From Microcaecilia unicolor (taxonomy: Eukaryota): a stretch of 63,986 nucleotides of DNA. The position numbers and the translations under genes were made by a program. The number at the start of each line of letters is the position of its first letter. Within the stretch, counting starts at the first letter, position 1. The DNA is taken from assembly GCF_901765095.1 (NCBI RefSeq), contig NC_044037.1:104487279-104551264 (forward strand), read 5' to 3'. Below, in pieces: positions 59,723-63,986 of this stretch. The notes under the pieces were generated by a model. It was not told the origin of the DNA. It searched no databases and saw only the letters and a program-made list of their open reading frames with translations.

Positions 59723-60415
59723 GTAAGGTTATGGGCCAACCCCCCTCCCCTCCTGTACCTACACATATAACAGCTCCGTCATCAATGTTACCACCAGTAA
59801 CTGGAGTGTCCATGCAAGGATAATGACTAATATAGGAACATGCACAATCACTAATAAATTGTATGTTATTGAAAGGACGACCATTCCCACATCCCTACAA
59901 GAATGTATTTCGTTAGTTATGTATGTCTTGCCTGTGAAGGCCACATTTTCCAACCCCTCTTTGCAGCCTCTATGTGGCTTACAACGCATCCGAATAGTGG
60001 AAACATGATACCAATGAAACGTATACCATACTTTATAACATGGTCATGATAACACATATAAAGTAGTTTTACAAGCATACATTATAATGCATACAAACGG
60101 TACTTTCTGGCCTCATGCCCACCTCTCTGGCATCATCTGCATAGGAACCAACTCGGTGGCTGCTGTGGGTGCTTGACCACCCCCAATATAAAATAAATGC
60201 CTTGAATGTATGGAGGGAGGGGTAATCTCCACTGGGGGTTCCACCCCCCAAAATGGTAAAAAGGTGGCTCCTAAGATTCAGTACCAATGGAGGTGGTCCC
60301 CCCCCCAACACTGTTGACCCTCTCTCTCTGGTATTTGAATAGCAAATGAATGTGTGCAGAGGACAAAAAGGACCATCCTCCCCTGACCCCTGCTCTACAA
60401 ACTTATATCTTACAG

Positions 60416-60525
60416 ACGTTTTAGAGTGCACCGGGACCTCGAGTCCCTCAGGAGGCGGTTCCGCCGTGTGAGGCGGGAGAGGCCTGACCTCATCCGGGCG
60501 GTGCAAAGGCACCTCAGGGCTCGCC
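60416..60525 (+). CDS. Putative exon 2 of the Myb/SANT-like gene.
   Basis: The acceptor tatcttacag| and donor |gtaagt give phase-consistent splicing with exon 1. It encodes RRFRVHRDLESLRRRFRRVRRERPDLIRAVQRHLRAR. Confidence 0.35.
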
Positions 60526-60624
60526 GTAAGTATTCAAAAACAGGACACCTGTACAGATTTGTAAATACACTTCTTGAATAATGCGAATGTGTTGTACAAT
60601 ATCAATTCCCATGTGCCTAATAGC

Positions 60625-60830
60625 CAGTGGCGTAGCCAGAAGGCAATTTTTGGGTGGGCCAACAGGTCAGATGGGTGGGCACCAGGGTTGCTAACTTTTT
60701 GAAATTGAAAAACTTGCCTCCCGATGCCCCACCTCTACCCCACTCCCAATAACTTAAATGAGGGTAGCAGTGCAGGCTTCAGTGACTGCAGGCCACATTG
60801 AGGGCTAGGGGGAAATACAAGAGATTGTAC
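60625..60830. repeat. Partial CAGTGGCGTAGCC-family hAT MITE (5' half), within the putative Myb-like intron 2 region.
   Basis: cagtggcgtagccagaaggcaatttttgggtgggccaacagg... Reverse-complement match to 38000-38239. Confidence 0.5.
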
Positions 60831-61759
60831 TCTTCAGCCTCGGTCCCCTAACACACATACTTAGCCTGTATAGCAAGACCAAATACTTTTCAACACGTCT
60901 CTAGGTACACGCTATAGAAACAATCCCAGAAAGTATAGTGTAGTATTAAAGGCAAATAAATTCTGCATCCACAGAACCCCCTGACACCCCCCCCCCCTGA
61001 CACCCCCCCACCCCCACCCGTCCCAATGGGTGCAGAGTAGAATTAGGACATTTCCCAATAAAACTCACCATAATCTCAACAGCTGCCATATAGTAAATAA
61101 AACAATCTTTAAAATAAAATGTCACTCATAACCTAGAGCAAATCTACGATGCCAGCACTAACTTCCAAAACAAGGATCCTACCTATGAAAAAGGCATTGC
61201 CCTACATATTACAGTGGGGTCCTAAAATAGCAATAAGTCTATTGGGAAAACTGAACAAACCAAAATTACTACAGAAGGCTACATAGAAAATTCATACTAA
61301 CAGAATACCTCAATCACACACATGGACCAAAAATGCCAAAATATAGAATAATCGACTACAAATTATAAACATAAATTTAATCAAAACCCCAAGAAGCCAG
61401 ACCTTGCATGTAATACAATACCAAAGAAACAGAAAGACATGCATTTCCTCCTGTGCAAAATGTAAAGATAGTATGTGCCAGGGATGGTGTTAGAAGAATG
61501 CAACTGGAGCAATTGCTGTCGGTCCCCTGGCCAGAGAGAGCCACAAGCATGATGGAAGCTGAAGGCAGTGTAGTCTCGTGATGGGCTTTGGGGTTCCCTC
61601 CCAAATTTATGGCCTGGGCTCCAGCCATGTCTAACACCAGCTCTGGCAAGATGTACATTCCAAATCTGACATATTCTAATCACAAAATAGAAAATAAAAT
61701 TATTTTTCTACCTTTTGTTGTCTGGCTATTTTATTTTTCAAATCAGCTTGGTCCTAGTC

Positions 61760-62800
61760 TCTGGTTTCTGCTTTCCTCAGTCTTAATTCACTCACCAGGT
61801 CTCCTTTTTTGTCATGCCTTCTCTCTCCATGTCCACGATCCATTTCCCATCTCTGTGTCCCCAAAGTTCCTTGTCCAGTATCTCCACTGTGTTCAAAATC
61901 CTGCAACCATCACCCTTTTATCCCCTACCCCTGTGCCCAACATCACCCCTTGTGTCCCTATGCCCTCCCATATCCAGTACCTCCCTTCTGAGTTCCTATT
62001 CTCCCCTATATCTAGTATCTCTCCCCTGTGTCCATATACCCCTCCCTCCCAGTGTCCAGCATAGCCTCTCTATTCCCAAATCCCCCCCCCCCCCCTCTGT
62101 CAGGCATTGCCCCTCTGTGTTTATATGCCATCCCCATATAGCATCTCAGATCTGTTTCTGTATCTCCCCTTTCTCCCTCACCCACACCAATGTCTCTCTT
62201 TCCTCTGCGATCCCACCTATCCAGCTTCTCTCCTTCCTTCCAGCTTTTGGCTCTTTCTCCTACTGTGAGTTAAAAATTTGTCTCCCTCTTCCTTCATCCC
62301 CTTGACCAGTCATCTCTCTCCCTTCCCTCCTCATCTCTCCCCCTGCTACAGCACCTCTGTTTCTTCCCTGAGCCTCCCCTGCAAGCCTACCCTCTAGCCC
62401 CCCCCCCCCCCCCATAGGTCCAGCACCTCCCTTCCTTCTAGCCTGCCCCTCCTTGCAGGTCCAGCAACTTCCTTCCTTTCCTCCAGCCCCCAGCCTCTCC
62501 CCCTTAGGTCCAGCACCTCTCTTCCTTCACTCCAGAGTCCAGCCCCTCCCCCCCAATAAATCCAGCACCTCTCTCCCTTGCCTCAGCGAGCCACTTCCCC
62601 CCTTGCAGGTCCAGAACCTCTCTGCCTTCTTTCCAGCCAACCCCTCCCTTTTGTAGGTCTAGAACCTCTTTCCTTTCCTTTCCTTTCCTTTCCTTTCCCT
62701 TCCCTTCTCTTCGGCCTCCAGTCCCCCACCTCACACAGGTGCAGCCACTGTTTCCCAGCCTGCCCCTCTCCCACCCTGCAAGTACAGCCACTCACTCCCA
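61760..62800. repeat. CT-rich low-complexity block with degenerate short tandem units (ccttt x6 at ~62672-62700).
   Basis: Pyrimidine-rich plus strand. It follows a degenerate MITE terminus (gttgtctggctat at ~61722), paralleling 21830-22980. Confidence 0.55.
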
Positions 62801-63039
62801 GTCCGCCCTGCAGGTCAGCATTACTTCATCCTTTTCCCTCACTCTCACTGTGCTGCAGATGGCCACGAGCGGAGCAGAGCGGAGTGAGTGAGGTCGAGGC
62901 TGTGCACGCTGCCACGTCATACTGCACGTAGGATGGACCAAGCTGCGCGACGTGACCTGCATTTCAGTGGGCTGGACGGAGAAGTGGAGATCAGCTGAGC
63001 GGGTGCCGTCTGCGGTTGTACGCTACGCGATCGCGATCG

Positions 63040-63149
63040 CGTAGAAAACATTGAAAAAAGGCTGCGCTGCAGTGTGTGCGCTTGGGCGGGCCTGAGGTGA
63101 AATTGGACGGGCCTGGGCCCACCCAGGCCCACCCGTAGCTATGCCCCTG
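63040..63149. repeat. 3' terminal fragment of a CAGTGGCGTAGCC-family MITE.
   Basis: ..gggcctgggcccacccaggcccacccgtagctatgcccctg matches the 3' ends of the 21492 and 17783 elements. Confidence 0.4.
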
Positions 63150-63694
63150 CTAATAGCCAACTAGTAAGTAATAACATATCTGTCCCAGATCAAGGATGCA
63201 GGTTGCAGGGGTTCTCCCATGAGTGTGGCTGCAACTTCCGACCATCCCTCCAAGATGAATGAGATGATATGCCTCACTTTACTATTCCCCTTTCTGTGGT
63301 GGCTGATTAGTGTGTCCTGGTAGACCTGCCTGAGGCCCTACTTTTACTGCATGTCATGGCCTAACTCACATAAAAGTTTTGTGCTCAACACCTTTCCCAC
63401 TGCCCCCCCCCCCAATAAATCCTACAACAACTGCCCATCAACCCCTCGTTGCATCTCACAATGCAAACATGCTGGTCAGCAATGAATTTGGTATGGCAAC
63501 ATGTCCTGTGTGGTGTGTGTCAGAGGAGGTTCCAGGGTTCTTTGTCATGTCATCTGATGCAGCTCATTCCCCATGGGCATAGGCTACGCCTTACCACACC
63601 CTGGCCCATCCCCCGCCTCACGCCACCCAGCTACTGCACTATGCAAGCCATGTTGTATGCGCTGATCTCAATCACACTCCTTTTACATACACAG

Positions 63695-63986
63695 GGCTCC
63701 ACCACCAGCAAGCCGAGCAGGCAGATGAGGAGGGCCACCACCTGCAGGAGGAGGAGGAGGAGGAGCAGGAGCAGGAAAGCCACGAGGAGGAGGAGGAGGA
63801 GGATGAGGAGGCGGCGACGCCTGCACAGGAGGCGGAGGAGGAGGAGTCATCGGGCTCGGAGGAGGGGGTCCTCGTCATAGATGAGGACTATATGGAGGCC
63901 CCCTCCCCACCTGTACCAGCAGCAGAGCCCTCTCCCTCCCCTCGGCCATCCACATCCCCTGCGGCAGCACCATCACCTGCCCCACC
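63695..63986 (+). CDS. Putative exon 3 (open to the window end) encoding an acidic, then Pro/Ser-rich region. It is phase-compatible with exon 2.
   Basis: The acceptor ttttacatacacag| yields ..LHHQQAEQADEEGHHLQEEEEEEQEQESHEEEEEEDEE..SSGSEEGVLVIDEDYMEAPSPPVPAAEPSPSP.. with no stop. Confidence 0.3.

Noticed and set aside
63449-63880. 143-aa Arg-rich ORF (..RRRRRRSRSRKATRRRRRR..).
   Set aside because: It is the GAG/GAA-rich acidic stretch read in the wrong frame. The frame that is phase-compatible with the upstream putative exons encodes an acidic tail instead.
1-63986. Searched for CRISPR arrays, rRNA genes and canonical tRNA genes.
   Set aside because: No regularly spaced direct repeats with unique spacers were found. 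No rRNA-like segments were found. The only tRNA-like sequence (56465-56540) is the head of a SINE, not a functional tRNA gene.

Overview
This window is eukaryotic DNA from a large, repeat-dense genome. It is not prokaryotic: there are no operons, rRNA genes or CRISPR arrays. The repeat families present (DIRS-like retrotransposon, L1, CR1/L2-clade LINEs, MIR-like tRNA-derived SINEs, many hAT-type foldback MITEs) point to a non-mammalian vertebrate, most plausibly an amphibian; this is inference from repeat content only. Nearly all of the 64 kb is nested transposable-element sequence in mixed orientation.

Main supportable objects:
- A structurally complete DIRS-like tyrosine-recombinase retrotransposon (~10911-16982, minus strand) with inverted terminal repeats, an internal complementary region, and gag / RT-RNaseH / YR ORFs.
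- An L1-like ORF2 (EN+RT) pseudogene (7205 to 2302, minus strand), interrupted by a hAT MITE and an 0.8 kb insertion.
- Two ORF1-only 'half-L1'-like elements. One has an intact 309-aa ORF1p-like ORF and a poly(A) tail.
- Several CR1/L2-like LINE fragments.
- At least eight copies of a hAT-like foldback MITE family whose 8-bp target-site duplications can be read directly. Two larger hAT-like non-autonomous elements also have 8-bp TSDs.
- A Harbinger (PIF) transposase-like pseudogene with intron-like interruptions and nonsense codons, split by a hAT insertion.
- A possible three-exon Myb/SANT-like (Harbinger-associated, NAIF1-like) gene with TATA-like motifs near the 3' end of the window.
- A ~9.5 kb interrupted foldback (inverted duplication) whose arms were later split by SINE and DIRS insertions.
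- Several minisatellites, CT/AG-rich blocks, and unclassified repeat families.

No convincing conserved host protein-coding exon was found apart from the tentative Myb-like model. All coordinates are approximate to a few bp unless a TSD is quoted.
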